IMG/VR virus record: IMGVR_UViG_3300005690_000022
Span: 1,653-65,652 of that record
DNA length: 64,000 nt
Origin: a virus
Reading direction: 5' to 3' (one strand)
The translations under genes were made by a program, and so were the position numbers. The notes below the pieces were generated by a model. It saw nothing but the letters and a program-made list of their open reading frames with translations. It made no database searches and had not been told where the DNA came from. Each line of letters starts with the position of its first letter. The first letter of the stretch is position 1. Of the stretch, positions 1 through 10,317 are shown in pieces.

Positions 1-1
1 T

Positions 2-190
2 GCAATCCATGGACAAACAATCACAAAATATCTTGAAAGAATGAGTAAAGCAAACGATCAATTAATCAAGTTAGCTGATCTCATTAGCAGAAAGAAGGAA
101 GAGGACAACTACATAGATGGAGAAGACGTCTATGAAACTATCGAAAAGAAAGAAGTTATCGATCCTTTCTCAAGGCGAAAGAAGCACTGA
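2..190 (+). CDS. 3' end of hypothetical phage protein (partial)
   Basis: Open frame AIHGQTITKYLERMSKANDQLIKLAD...RRKKH ending TGA at 190, 3 nt before the next ATG. Confidence 0.7.
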   Translation, partial: AIHGQTITKYLERMSKANDQLIKLADLISRKKEEDNYIDGEDVYETIEKKEVIDPFSRRKKH

Positions 191-193
191 CAT

Positions 194-1855
194 ATGGCAG
201 TAAGAAGCGGATTCAATCCAAATAGGAGATTGACGTCAGGTAATAGAACTGACATTTCTAATGATTTAGGTGCCTTGCGCAAACAAGGCAATCCGTCTTC
301 TTTTGTCAAATGTGTTGTTGTTGACGTGATTTATGACATTGAACAATTTGAAGAAGAGGACCTCGATCTAATCGCCTCATCTGTTGTAAACCCAGAAATC
401 ATTGATGTAATGCCGAATGGATCTGTTGTTGCGCGAATCGTCTCAGACCAACAAGAAAGCACCAATGCCCAAGGGATTATTCTTCTACCTTTCTTTTCAT
501 CTCACTTGATGCTTCCAGTAAAAGCTGGTGAAATGGTTTGGGGACTATTTGAAGACATTCAAAACAACGGTATGAAGATTGGATATTGGCTTTCTCGTCC
601 AACTGAATGGGCAACAATCGAAGATCCAAACTATTCACATTCAGATAGAAAGTTTGATCCAACTTTTCATCCAGATAACTATCGAACCAGTGAAAGAGAC
701 GAACGAACTGACCAAGCTATTCCTCCCGGATTTCAAAATGGAGGAAATACTTCATCTACGTTTTCTATTGGAGTGTCTCCGACAGATGTTGGACAAAACC
801 CGTTTGAAACAATCTTTCAAACAGCCAAGGCTAACAAAGTTACAACATATGAACCTGTTCCAATCAAAAAGAAAAGACCCGGAGATTTCCTCATTCAGGG
901 ATCGAATAATTCAGCCATTCTTTTGGGTGAAGATCAAACTTCTGGAACATCAAGATCAGAACTGGACGTCTCTGGTTCTGCGGGCTGTATAGACCTTGTA
1001 GCAGGTCGTGGAAGGACCGTTCCTAATTCACAGGACGAAGACCCACAGAAAACATCTGCGCGCCTTATAGAGAATCGTAGAGGGCTTCTAGAGGCAGATA
1101 GAGCCCCATACAGACGCAACAAGAACAACAACCCACAAGAGGGTGACAATGACTTTGTTGAGGATGCTTCGAGGCTTTATATTGCACAACAAGCTAGAGC
1201 AGATGAAAGTTTTGGATTGACAGAATTGGAATATCCAAGTAATGTTCTTGTTCAGCCACAACCAGAGGCAAGTGGCGTAAAAAATCGTTCATATGTTGTT
1301 GCAAAGAGTGACAACGTTAGAATTATTGCAAGACATAATGAAGAAGTAGAAGGTTCCATTCTTATTGTCAAAGAAGGTGATAAAAATACCATAGCGAATA
1401 TTTTGATTACCAAAGATGGACGCATTCAAATAAATGGAGCTCAAATTTTCCTTGGAAGAGCGACTGATGGTTCCCAAGAACCCGATTTGGATTCTGTTGA
1501 AGCAGGTCCAGAACCTTATCTGAAATACACAAAAGTAAAAGAAGCTGGTGAAAGCATTGCAGAAACAATCGAAAATCTACGATCTGACATGAGAAAAGAG
1601 ATTGAAGCTGTGAGGGATCAAGTTGCCAATTTGCTTCAACAAGTAGGATTGGCTTTGCAAGCAAGTACATGTACTCCATATGGACCAGATAGTGGCGCCA
1701 CAGCAGCAGCAAGCATTATCAGTGCTGGTTTGACAAATGTCAGAACGGCAAACAGTCAGCAAAAACCAAGTACGGACCAACATGTAAGTGACGGAAATAC
1801 AAAAACGAAAAACAAGATTGACGAAGCACGTTCAAAACGCATCTTTGGAGAATGA
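194..1855 (+). CDS. Putative baseplate hub/spike (gp5-like) protein
   Basis: 553 aa; N-terminal LPVKAGEMVW..F..GYW motif resembling gp5/VgrG OB region, RPGDFLIQGSNNSAILLG motif; sits upstream of wedge genes. Confidence 0.55.
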   Translation: MAVRSGFNPNRRLTSGNRTDISNDLGALRKQGNPSSFVKCVVVDVIYDIEQFEEEDLDLIASSVVNPEIIDVMPNGSVVARIVSDQQESTNAQGIILLPFFSSHLMLPVKAGEMVWGLFEDIQNNGMKIGYWLSRPTEWATIEDPNYSHSDRKFDPTFHPDNYRTSERDERTDQAIPPGFQNGGNTSSTFSIGVSPTDVGQNPFETIFQTAKANKVTTYEPVPIKKKRPGDFLIQGSNNSAILLGEDQTSGTSRSELDVSGSAGCIDLVAGRGRTVPNSQDEDPQKTSARLIENRRGLLEADRAPYRRNKNNNPQEGDNDFVEDASRLYIAQQARADESFGLTELEYPSNVLVQPQPEASGVKNRSYVVAKSDNVRIIARHNEEVEGSILIVKEGDKNTIANILITKDGRIQINGAQIFLGRATDGSQEPDLDSVEAGPEPYLKYTKVKEAGESIAETIENLRSDMRKEIEAVRDQVANLLQQVGLALQASTCTPYGPDSGATAAASIISAGLTNVRTANSQQKPSTDQHVSDGNTKTKNKIDEARSKRIFGE

Positions 1856-1858
1856 TAA

Positions 1859-2155
1859 ATGGCAGAAGCAACAAAAAAGACATTGACAGAGGGTTTGAAA
1901 AAAGCTTCTGAAAAAACAAGAGAAAGAGCTATTGAAAAATCCAAATCTGGAAACTCTTCAACAAACCAATCTGCTGAGGAGATCAGGAGAAGAGCAGAAC
2001 GGATTGCCACAGAGATTTTAGAGATTGATGCAAAAGAACGTGGTGAAGTGATTTATCAGTTTGTTGTAGATTATGTTGAAAACAGAATTGCTGAGCTGCG
2101 TGAAGAAATAAGAAGAACCGCTGGAAATTCTGTTCCAACGATTAGCGAGGTTTGA
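1859..2155 (+). CDS. Hypothetical protein, baseplate module
   Basis: Tightly packed ORF in the operon. Confidence 0.6.
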   Translation: MAEATKKTLTEGLKKASEKTRERAIEKSKSGNSSTNQSAEEIRRRAERIATEILEIDAKERGEVIYQFVVDYVENRIAELREEIRRTAGNSVPTISEV

Positions 2156-2157
2156 TC

Positions 2158-2637
2158 ATGTCAAGAATGAGTTTCAAAGATGTTGGAGTTGAGTATTCAA
2201 ATAGAAATGAAAGTCTATCAAGACGAACACTAGAAATACCAATTGGAGTAAAAACTCCAGTTCGACTGGATTATTCCGGAAGAAGTTTCTTTGAGATGAA
2301 TTATCTTCTCGGTGATCAAGTTGCTGACAATTTGAAAAACTTGGTTATGACCAATTGGGGTGAGCGCGTAGAGCTATACAATTTTGGGGCAAATCTAAGA
2401 CCTTTGTGTTTTGAATTTCTCAATAAAGAAGATTTTGACAATCAGGCAATCGTTCGTATCAACTCAGCCATAACAAAATGGATGCCATTCGTCACTCCAT
2501 TGTTCTATGAAAGTAAAATTGATAGAACAGATGTTGATGGAAGAATAGCAAAGGTGAAAATCATTCTTATTTATTCAGTGCCACAAGCTGCCATTTCGGA
2601 AGCGGTTGCTGAAGTGGTTATTTATGTTGGTGGTTGA
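2158..2637 (+). CDS. Baseplate wedge subunit, gp25/GPW-like
   Basis: DQVADNLKNLVMTNWGERVELYNFGANLRPLCFE and INSAITKWMPFV match the gp25 family pattern; ATG at 2158. Confidence 0.8.
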   Translation: MSRMSFKDVGVEYSNRNESLSRRTLEIPIGVKTPVRLDYSGRSFFEMNYLLGDQVADNLKNLVMTNWGERVELYNFGANLRPLCFEFLNKEDFDNQAIVRINSAITKWMPFVTPLFYESKIDRTDVDGRIAKVKIILIYSVPQAAISEAVAEVVIYVGG

Positions 2638-2639
2638 TT

Positions 2640-4481
2640 ATGGCAGATAACAGCAAGAAAGATATCCTCAAAAGGATCAAAGAAAGAAAGTATCTAAACA
2701 AAGATTTTGATGGTTTCAAACGTGATCTTTTGGATTATGCGCGAACCTATTACAATGATGCAAACAGAGATTTCTCTGAAGCTTCATTCGGAGGAATGCT
2801 TCTTGATTTTGCATCTTACGTTGGGGACGTTTCTTCTTTCTATCTTGACCACCAATACCAAGAAACATTTACAGATAGTGCTGTAGAAAACAGAAACATT
2901 CAACGTCTGCTTGAAAAGGATGGAGTGAAAATAGTTGGGGCATCTCCAGCAGTTCTCAATGCAACATTCTTTATTGAAGTACCAGCAATCTCAGATCCAA
3001 ATCCAAGACCAAATCCTGCTGCTCTTCCAATCCTCAGAGCCGGAACTGTGATTCGTTCAAATAATGGAGTAGAGTTCGAACTTGTTGAAGATATTGATTT
3101 CAGAGAAACAAACCCCAATGGTGTTCTGTTGGCAGAAGTCTCAATCGGACAATTGAACAGTTCAAATATTCCAACAACCTTCTTTTTGAAACGCAAAGAG
3201 ATTTGTATTTCTGGACAAAGAGCTTCAGATAGTTTTTCTGTTGGAAGTTTTGAACCATTCAAAACCTTTACACTTTCCAAAGAAAATGTAACTGAAATAA
3301 TCTCAGTTACAGATAGTCTTGGAAACGTATATTATGAAGTTGATGCTCTCAATGAAGATACAGTGTACAAAGCTGTGACGAACATTGCAAGTGACTTTGC
3401 AGATGTGCCAGACAATCTAATTCCAATTCCTGCGCCTTATAGATTTATTTCAAAGATGAATCTTCAAACCAGACTTACAACACTTACTTTTGGCGGTGGT
3501 TCTGCTGAGACTTTGAATGATGATATCATTCCGGATCCGAGTGAGTTTGCCGTGCCTCTCTATGGAAAGAGAACGTTTTCAAGGTTCTCCATCAATCCTG
3601 GAAATCTTTTGAAAACTACAACACTTGGTATTTTGGCACCAAACACTACGGTTACAGTCACATATCGTCATGGTGGCGGTCTAAATCACAACATTCCACG
3701 AAAGAGCATTTCTGGCGTTGTTCAAACAAGAATTACCTTTCCAGGCTCGCCTGATCCTGCCACAGCACAGTTTGTAAGATCATCGCTTGATGCTTCAAAT
3801 GATGAAAAGGCTGGAGGAGGTGAGGATGCTCCGTCGATTGATGATTTGAAACTTCGAGCACCTTCCGTGAAAGCTTCTCAAGGAAGAATTGTTTCAAAGC
3901 CCGACTTGCTGGCAAGGCTTTATACAAATCCTTCCAATTTCGGTCGAGTTTTCCGAGCTTCCATTAGAAACAATCCTGACAATCCAATGGCATCGCAACT
4001 GTTTGTTGTTTCTAGAGATTCGAATGGACAATTAACAATCTCACCGGATGCCTTGAAAAAGAATATTCGAACCTTTCTTTCCACTTATCGAATAATCTCA
4101 GATGCAATTGACATTCTCGATGCTCAAATTATAAACATTGGAGTAGATTTCAGTATTGTTGTGGATCCTAGAGAAAACAAACAGATTGTTGTTCAAAACG
4201 TAGTCAAAAAACTGTCAGCATTCTTTCAACAAAAGAACTTTGATATTGATCAACCGCTCGTTCTTTCTGATCTTCACAACATCATCTTCAACAATCCTGG
4301 TGTTATTTCAGTTGACACAATCAATGTCAAAAACATAAACACAAGTGTTGGACAAAGAACATATTCAAATGTTCAGTTCAACGTTGAAGCAAACACTTCA
4401 AAGGGAATTGTTATTGGACCTCCGGGATCCATCTTTGAAGTAAAGTATAAGAATTTTGATCTACAGGGAACGGCTGTTTGA
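2640..4481 (+). CDS. Baseplate wedge subunit, gp6/baseplate J-like
   Basis: YLNKDFDGFKRDLLDYARTYY...DFSEASFGGMLLD...YVGDVSSFYLD; GGEDAPSIDDLK..A...ASQGRIVS motifs. Confidence 0.85.
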   Translation: MADNSKKDILKRIKERKYLNKDFDGFKRDLLDYARTYYNDANRDFSEASFGGMLLDFASYVGDVSSFYLDHQYQETFTDSAVENRNIQRLLEKDGVKIVGASPAVLNATFFIEVPAISDPNPRPNPAALPILRAGTVIRSNNGVEFELVEDIDFRETNPNGVLLAEVSIGQLNSSNIPTTFFLKRKEICISGQRASDSFSVGSFEPFKTFTLSKENVTEIISVTDSLGNVYYEVDALNEDTVYKAVTNIASDFADVPDNLIPIPAPYRFISKMNLQTRLTTLTFGGGSAETLNDDIIPDPSEFAVPLYGKRTFSRFSINPGNLLKTTTLGILAPNTTVTVTYRHGGGLNHNIPRKSISGVVQTRITFPGSPDPATAQFVRSSLDASNDEKAGGGEDAPSIDDLKLRAPSVKASQGRIVSKPDLLARLYTNPSNFGRVFRASIRNNPDNPMASQLFVVSRDSNGQLTISPDALKKNIRTFLSTYRIISDAIDILDAQIINIGVDFSIVVDPRENKQIVVQNVVKKLSAFFQQKNFDIDQPLVLSDLHNIIFNNPGVISVDTINVKNINTSVGQRTYSNVQFNVEANTSKGIVIGPPGSIFEVKYKNFDLQGTAV

Positions 4482-4482
4482 T

Positions 4483-6069
4483 ATGTACAGAATTTTATCA
4501 TGTTCAAAAGATGCCTACATCACCTCAAAATACATTGCAGGAAGTAGGTCATTCAATGCAAATACTGGTCAAGCAGGAACAATTGACCTTTATAAACTAT
4601 ATGGCGAAACCAAGATCCTGAGCGGATCTACTGTAATCGATGATGAGATCGAACTTACAAGAGGTTTGTTGAAGTTTGATTTATCACCAATTGTTGCACT
4701 TACAAGTAGTATTCTGAACGTTGGAGATAATTCATTCAAGGCATATCTGCACATGAAAGATGTGTATGGAGGACAGACTACTCCATCAAACTTTACACTC
4801 GAAGTAATTCCAGTTTCAAAATCCTGGGATGAAGGACGAGGAAGAGACGTTATCTCATTTAGAGATAAAGATGCTGTGAATTGGTTGACAGCCTCAATAA
4901 ACAATGGTACTTCCCTCTGGAATGAAGCTGGCGCAAATGCCAAGGGTTTGCTCGGTTCTAACAATATTGATTTGATCACTTCCGGTAATCTCGGTGTCGG
5001 TGTGCAATCGACCACAGCAAGTTTTGCTTTTGCCCGTGGAGATGAAGACCTTTTTGTTGAAGTCACTTCATTGGTTTCAGGAACGATTGTTGGTCTTCTT
5101 CCTGATCACGGCTGGAGAATTTCCTTTTCAAATCTTGAAGAAACTGACAACCAAACACGCTTTGTGAAGCGATTTGGATCAAAACAAGCAAACCCTGATC
5201 TTCAACCAAGACTTATCGTAAAATACGATGACGTTCTTCAAGATGACAATTCAAAAGCGTTGTTTGGTTCTATCCCAAACAACATCTTTCTTTACAACTC
5301 TCCAAATGGAATTTTCCAAAACTTCGTTCTTGCTGGAAATGAAGTTTCGGGAAGTAATTGTTTGTTGTTGGAACTTGTTGGAAGTAAATGGGTGAGTTAC
5401 TGGACGAGTAGTTATAGCACAACTCATTCTGCATCCATAAACCATTTGACCAGATCGCTCTCAACGTTTACCCAGCAGTTCAGTGGTTCGTCTGTCTTAA
5501 TTGGTTATGTTCCACTGACCGGATATTACTCGGCTTCTGTGGTTCTCGATCCAACAGCGAACTCAGAACTAAATGCCTTCCTATCTGGTTCAACAGATTT
5601 TTCTTTCACACCATATTGGAAGAGTTCAGACGCTTCTTATGTGTTCGCCACTGGCTCGGCAATTCAATTTTCTAGAAAAACAAGTACGATTTCCTCGCTG
5701 CCAAGTCAAAATGTTGTTGTGAGTATGTTCAATCTTCAGAACACGTACACCAGAGATCAGGTTGCTCGTCTGCGAGTGTTCGTACAGGATTATAGCGATT
5801 TCCTGGTGCCCTCTAAGTTTTCACGTGACCCGAAACCTTCTGTCAAAAAGAACATGTTTTGGAGAATGGTTGACGGCATTACAAAACAAGTCATCATTCC
5901 ATTTGATGATGTTGCAACCAAAACATCATATGATGGAGATGGAAACTATTTTGATTTTTGGATGTCTGATTTAGTTTCTGGACAGGTTTATGAGTTTGAA
6001 TTCAAAATTTCTGAAAACGGAAAAGATACACTAATTCAAAATAACGGATTTATTTTCAAGGTTTCTTGA
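4483..6069 (+). CDS. Structural protein, DNRLRE-like N-terminus
   Basis: SKDAYI...RGLLKFDLS...PVSKSWDEGRG...WRISF...QPRLIVKYDD; ATG follows the previous stop. Confidence 0.6.
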   Translation: MYRILSCSKDAYITSKYIAGSRSFNANTGQAGTIDLYKLYGETKILSGSTVIDDEIELTRGLLKFDLSPIVALTSSILNVGDNSFKAYLHMKDVYGGQTTPSNFTLEVIPVSKSWDEGRGRDVISFRDKDAVNWLTASINNGTSLWNEAGANAKGLLGSNNIDLITSGNLGVGVQSTTASFAFARGDEDLFVEVTSLVSGTIVGLLPDHGWRISFSNLEETDNQTRFVKRFGSKQANPDLQPRLIVKYDDVLQDDNSKALFGSIPNNIFLYNSPNGIFQNFVLAGNEVSGSNCLLLELVGSKWVSYWTSSYSTTHSASINHLTRSLSTFTQQFSGSSVLIGYVPLTGYYSASVVLDPTANSELNAFLSGSTDFSFTPYWKSSDASYVFATGSAIQFSRKTSTISSLPSQNVVVSMFNLQNTYTRDQVARLRVFVQDYSDFLVPSKFSRDPKPSVKKNMFWRMVDGITKQVIIPFDDVATKTSYDGDGNYFDFWMSDLVSGQVYEFEFKISENGKDTLIQNNGFIFKVS

Positions 6070-9000
6070 TGCCAAAAAACAACAACATTACATCTCTTCA
6101 GTTCAACAAACCATCATTGTTTGAACCAACGGTAATTCGTGGTATTACAAACGTGCAAGGTGATGCTGTTGTTTTGTCAAAGTATAACGCAGACGAGGTT
6201 TCTTCAACTTCTCTTTCGTCAACATCTTCTTTCAAATATGAACCAAATTTGGTAGGGTTGAAAAACACACAACAACTCAACATCTCATGGTCACAATTTG
6301 AGAATCACACATTTTTCAACTCGGCTCAAGTAAAGTCAAATGTCGCTTTTCAAAAGATAATTGACAGTTTCCCATTCGATGGAAACCGTGGAGAAATTGA
6401 TGAATTTCTTGATAACCTAACAGGATTCGAACGTTGGGTCTTTGAAACAATGCCGAAGAACTGCACCTACCTTTTCTTCTCAGGAAGCAATGGAGAAGGT
6501 TCTGGAGGAACGTATGTTACAACTCAAGACATTGCAGGTGCAACATTTCCAAATGCATCTTCAAACACATCCGGTGACTCCATATTGATGCCTCAAAATA
6601 AGTCAATGACTTTTGAGTTTCAATTTTTCGCACCTTCACAATCAAATGATAATCAGTTCATTCTGAACAAAATTAGTGACAACTTTGGTTATGCAATCAC
6701 TCTAAACTCGACAGCCTCAACAGACTATGGCTCTTCTACTTTGTTTGTTGTTTCTGGTGGTTACACAAACAGTACAACAATTGAGTTCAATAAGGGACAG
6801 TGGAATCATCTCGCATTTATCTGGAACAGAACACCGGGTAATCAACAAATTTATGGTTATGTAAACCAAGAATTGAATTCAACAAGTTCATTTGCAATCG
6901 AATTCAATTCATTTCCTCTGACCTCCTCAGTTCTTATCATTGGATCTGGTTCTTCTTTTTCTGGATTTACTCCTTCAAATACTTTGTCCGGAGCTATTGA
7001 TGAATTTCGTGTTTGGCATGATATTAGAACAGTTGAAGAGTTGAAAAAGTTCTCAAAGAGAAATGTCTTTTCTGGAGATGATCTAAAACTTTACTATCGC
7101 TTCAATGAACCTTCCGGTTCTCAAACAAGATTGGTTCTGGATCATTCATCGAACAGCCTTCATGGCAACCTATCTCTTTCTGGATATCAACTAGGAGTTC
7201 GTGATATTCCGACAAGTTCAATTGCGGGTCCTTCCCCAATGACATTAGAGAAGCCTCTGTACAGCCCTGTGCTTTTTCCAAAATACACTCCATTGGTTGA
7301 GTTTGAAACAACCCTTCTCACCTCTGCAAGTTTTTTTGATCAGAACAATCCAAACCTTATTACACGCCTCATTCCTCAACATTATTTGTTGGAAGCTCAA
7401 GAGAGTTATGGATATGAAAATGAAGATGGAAATATCATTGATCCATTAATTTCTGGATCGAATCCTGGAACAACTCAAATGGGAGATACAACAGCAATGC
7501 TTTCAATGTTGTATCTTTGGGCAAAATTCTTTGATGAAATGAAGCTCTATTTGCAAGCATTTTCAAATGTTGTTGCAATTGATTACAATTCAATCGATAC
7601 AGTTCCCAATGCACTTCTACAAGATTTTGCAAGAAGAGAAGGAATTGTACTTCCTCCATTATTCACCAATTCTTCAATCTCACAATTCATTGATGGAGAT
7701 GATTTAGATACGGAATATTCCTCTGCTGAAAGTTCCTTACAATTTGTTCAAAACCAAATTTGGCGCCGTATTCTCGTAAATCTCAATAGTATTATGAGGT
7801 CAAAGGGAACTTTGCACTCGATCAAAGCGTTTTTGAGAACAGTTGGAATTGATCCTGACAATAACTTCCGTATTAGAGAATACGGTGGACCAAATAGAAG
7901 CCCACTAACATTTTCTAGAGAAACAAGATCGGAAAGTGCGATGATGTTGAACTTCCTTTCCGGAGGTTTCGTTCAAAGTTCATATTTGACCGCACCAAGA
8001 ACAGAGCCAGGATACCCATACATTTCCGGTGATGCAGGAAACGATGCGCTTCTTACATCGGGTTCTTGGACAATAGAAGGAACATACAAATTCTCTCCAC
8101 TTTCTGTTCAACTCTTCCCATCACAAAGTTTGATTAGATTTCTAACAACTGGCTCGTCAGCTCCTCAAGGAGTTGGACAAACATTGATGAATCTTGTTGC
8201 TGTAAATGGACAGGGTTTGTACCTTTATCAAAGTGATGATGTTGTTTCGAATGATTCACTTTTTCTTTCCGGAGCAGATATTTTTGATGGAGACAAATGG
8301 TACATTTCTTTTGGAAGACGAAGAAATGATGATGGATTGAATTCCACAATTTCTTCATCTTTCTTTATTCGTGCCGCCAAGCAGAACTTTGGCGAAGTTG
8401 AACAAGTTTTTCAAACTTCTTCTTTCCTAACTGCAACTGTTGGATCACCTCCACCATACATGCAGATCGATTCTACTTCAAATGTATCTGGAGCTTTCTT
8501 GGCAATTGGAAGTTCTTCAATTGATCAAACAGCCTATTTGGGAGCAGATGGAGATCAGACTTCTCTTACAACCAACTTTGCTGGAAAGGTTTCCTATCTA
8601 CGTTTTTGGTCGAAATATTTGACTGACCACGAGTGGCTTGAACATGTACGAAATCCTTCCTCACTTGGTGTTGAAAATCCATCAAGTCAATTTGGTTTCG
8701 TTACAAATGTAAGTGGTTCTTGGCAAAAATTGAGAATGGATGTTTCGACAGATCAAGCCGTTACTCAATCAAACGTTACCGGAGAACTGGATCTCTTTGA
8801 TTTTTCTCAGGGTGATTTTGGTTGGTCTGGTTCGGCTTTTCCTTTGACTTCAAGTGTCATCGTTCCAGAGATGTACTATTACAGCTACATTTCTCCAAAG
8901 TTTGATGAAGGAGTTTCTGTTGAAAAAATTCGCGTTCGTTCATTCCAAGATTTTCAAAATGTTGCATCTTCTTCAATAGCACAAACGGCACCTGTTTATT

Positions 9001-9455
9001 CCTTGCCGAGATCAGAAATACCGACCGACAACAATAAATTTTCTATAGATTTTTCTATTGTTGATGCACTCAATCAGGATATTGTAAAAATCTTTGCAAC
9101 ACTAAATGAACTTGACAACGTGATTGGAAATCCAGAACTGCAATTTTCCCCTGATTATCCAGGCTTGGACAACCTTCGATCAATCTATTTCAATCGACTT
9201 ACAGGTCGAATGAATTTGAAATCTTTCTTTGAGTTTTACAAATGGTTTGATACTAACATTGGAATGTTTATTGAGCAACTCATTCCTCGTAGAACAAGAT
9301 ATAATGGAACAAACTTTGTTGTTGAAAGTCACATGTTGGAAAGACCAAAAGTTCAATACAAATATGAAGATGCTTATCTTGGTGACACAAATAGAGATGG
9401 ATTGAAACCAACCATCCTTCTCCGCCTAATTGTTGGAGAGGTGAATAGGTATTGA
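6069..9455 (+). CDS. Baseplate/tail protein with LamG (concanavalin A-like) domains
   Basis: QWNHLAFIW..LSGAIDEFRVW..LKLYYRFNE; RSKGTLHSIKAFLRTVGI resembles the baseplate gpI/gp7 motif. Confidence 0.7.
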   Translation: MPKNNNITSLQFNKPSLFEPTVIRGITNVQGDAVVLSKYNADEVSSTSLSSTSSFKYEPNLVGLKNTQQLNISWSQFENHTFFNSAQVKSNVAFQKIIDSFPFDGNRGEIDEFLDNLTGFERWVFETMPKNCTYLFFSGSNGEGSGGTYVTTQDIAGATFPNASSNTSGDSILMPQNKSMTFEFQFFAPSQSNDNQFILNKISDNFGYAITLNSTASTDYGSSTLFVVSGGYTNSTTIEFNKGQWNHLAFIWNRTPGNQQIYGYVNQELNSTSSFAIEFNSFPLTSSVLIIGSGSSFSGFTPSNTLSGAIDEFRVWHDIRTVEELKKFSKRNVFSGDDLKLYYRFNEPSGSQTRLVLDHSSNSLHGNLSLSGYQLGVRDIPTSSIAGPSPMTLEKPLYSPVLFPKYTPLVEFETTLLTSASFFDQNNPNLITRLIPQHYLLEAQESYGYENEDGNIIDPLISGSNPGTTQMGDTTAMLSMLYLWAKFFDEMKLYLQAFSNVVAIDYNSIDTVPNALLQDFARREGIVLPPLFTNSSISQFIDGDDLDTEYSSAESSLQFVQNQIWRRILVNLNSIMRSKGTLHSIKAFLRTVGIDPDNNFRIREYGGPNRSPLTFSRETRSESAMMLNFLSGGFVQSSYLTAPRTEPGYPYISGDAGNDALLTSGSWTIEGTYKFSPLSVQLFPSQSLIRFLTTGSSAPQGVGQTLMNLVAVNGQGLYLYQSDDVVSNDSLFLSGADIFDGDKWYISFGRRRNDDGLNSTISSSFFIRAAKQNFGEVEQVFQTSSFLTATVGSPPPYMQIDSTSNVSGAFLAIGSSSIDQTAYLGADGDQTSLTTNFAGKVSYLRFWSKYLTDHEWLEHVRNPSSLGVENPSSQFGFVTNVSGSWQKLRMDVSTDQAVTQSNVTGELDLFDFSQGDFGWSGSAFPLTSSVIVPEMYYYSYISPKFDEGVSVEKIRVRSFQDFQNVASSSIAQTAPVYSLPRSEIPTDNNKFSIDFSIVDALNQDIVKIFATLNELDNVIGNPELQFSPDYPGLDNLRSIYFNRLTGRMNLKSFFEFYKWFDTNIGMFIEQLIPRRTRYNGTNFVVESHMLERPKVQYKYEDAYLGDTNRDGLKPTILLRLIVGEVNRY

Positions 9456-9456
9456 T

Positions 9457-10314
9457 ATGAGTGTTTTTTCTGATAATGAATGGGAGTTTGCAACGGAATT
9501 TACTCCGTTCAATGATGCGACTGATTCCATTCTTGTTGCACGAGCAGTGTTGAAGTTTGAATCAACTCGTGAAGGAGTCAACACAAGACAAATTGATGCC
9601 TATCGTCAAGGTGTGGAACTTAGAGGATATCGTGAACTTTACGGAAGCTCTCAACCAAAACTTTGGTCTGGAAACATTCGTCATTACACAAGAACAAATC
9701 CAATTGGTCAAGCAAGATCATGGGTTGAATATGAAAACTCACTAATTTGGGAAGAACTTCCCGAATTCAACCCTGTTGCTTATTTGAGCTCTGGAGACAG
9801 TTACCCAACACCAATTTATTTCAATGATGGACCACAATCTGAGGAGGAGGCAATCATTGAACCGTTGACGATTCCTTACAGGAAAGACCATTCAGGTCCA
9901 TTCTTTCCAAGACAAATTCATGGAACACTGGAAGATGGAAACAACTTTGAAACTCTTGATAGACGCTCAAATAGAATTGAACAGTTTATAGACTACCAAG
10001 ATCCTCTTCAAGTAAGATATTTTCTTGATGAAGGTCAAGAGACTATGGGAGGCATAACCATTCATGGTTATGTTGCTTATCAAGAAACGTTGATTCGTCC
10101 TTGGGACGAAACTAAGGATGAAGAAATTGTAAAACAGATCAATACCACAAATTCAGATTTCATTTCTGTGCTGAATCGCCTGGATTTTGATTTGAGCGAA
10201 GACATTCGACAGAAATTTACAGTAAAATCAACTACAGCAGGAACCATTATCGATGCTGGTAATGCAAGATATGGTACCGATTCGATCGCATATGCCGGTC
10301 TTTTGAGAGGGTGA
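9457..10314 (+). CDS. Hypothetical structural protein
   Basis: 285 aa, coupled to neighbours; C-terminal GTDSIAYAGLLR. Confidence 0.6.
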   Translation: MSVFSDNEWEFATEFTPFNDATDSILVARAVLKFESTREGVNTRQIDAYRQGVELRGYRELYGSSQPKLWSGNIRHYTRTNPIGQARSWVEYENSLIWEELPEFNPVAYLSSGDSYPTPIYFNDGPQSEEEAIIEPLTIPYRKDHSGPFFPRQIHGTLEDGNNFETLDRRSNRIEQFIDYQDPLQVRYFLDEGQETMGGITIHGYVAYQETLIRPWDETKDEEIVKQINTTNSDFISVLNRLDFDLSEDIRQKFTVKSTTAGTIIDAGNARYGTDSIAYAGLLRG

Positions 10315-10317
10315 AGA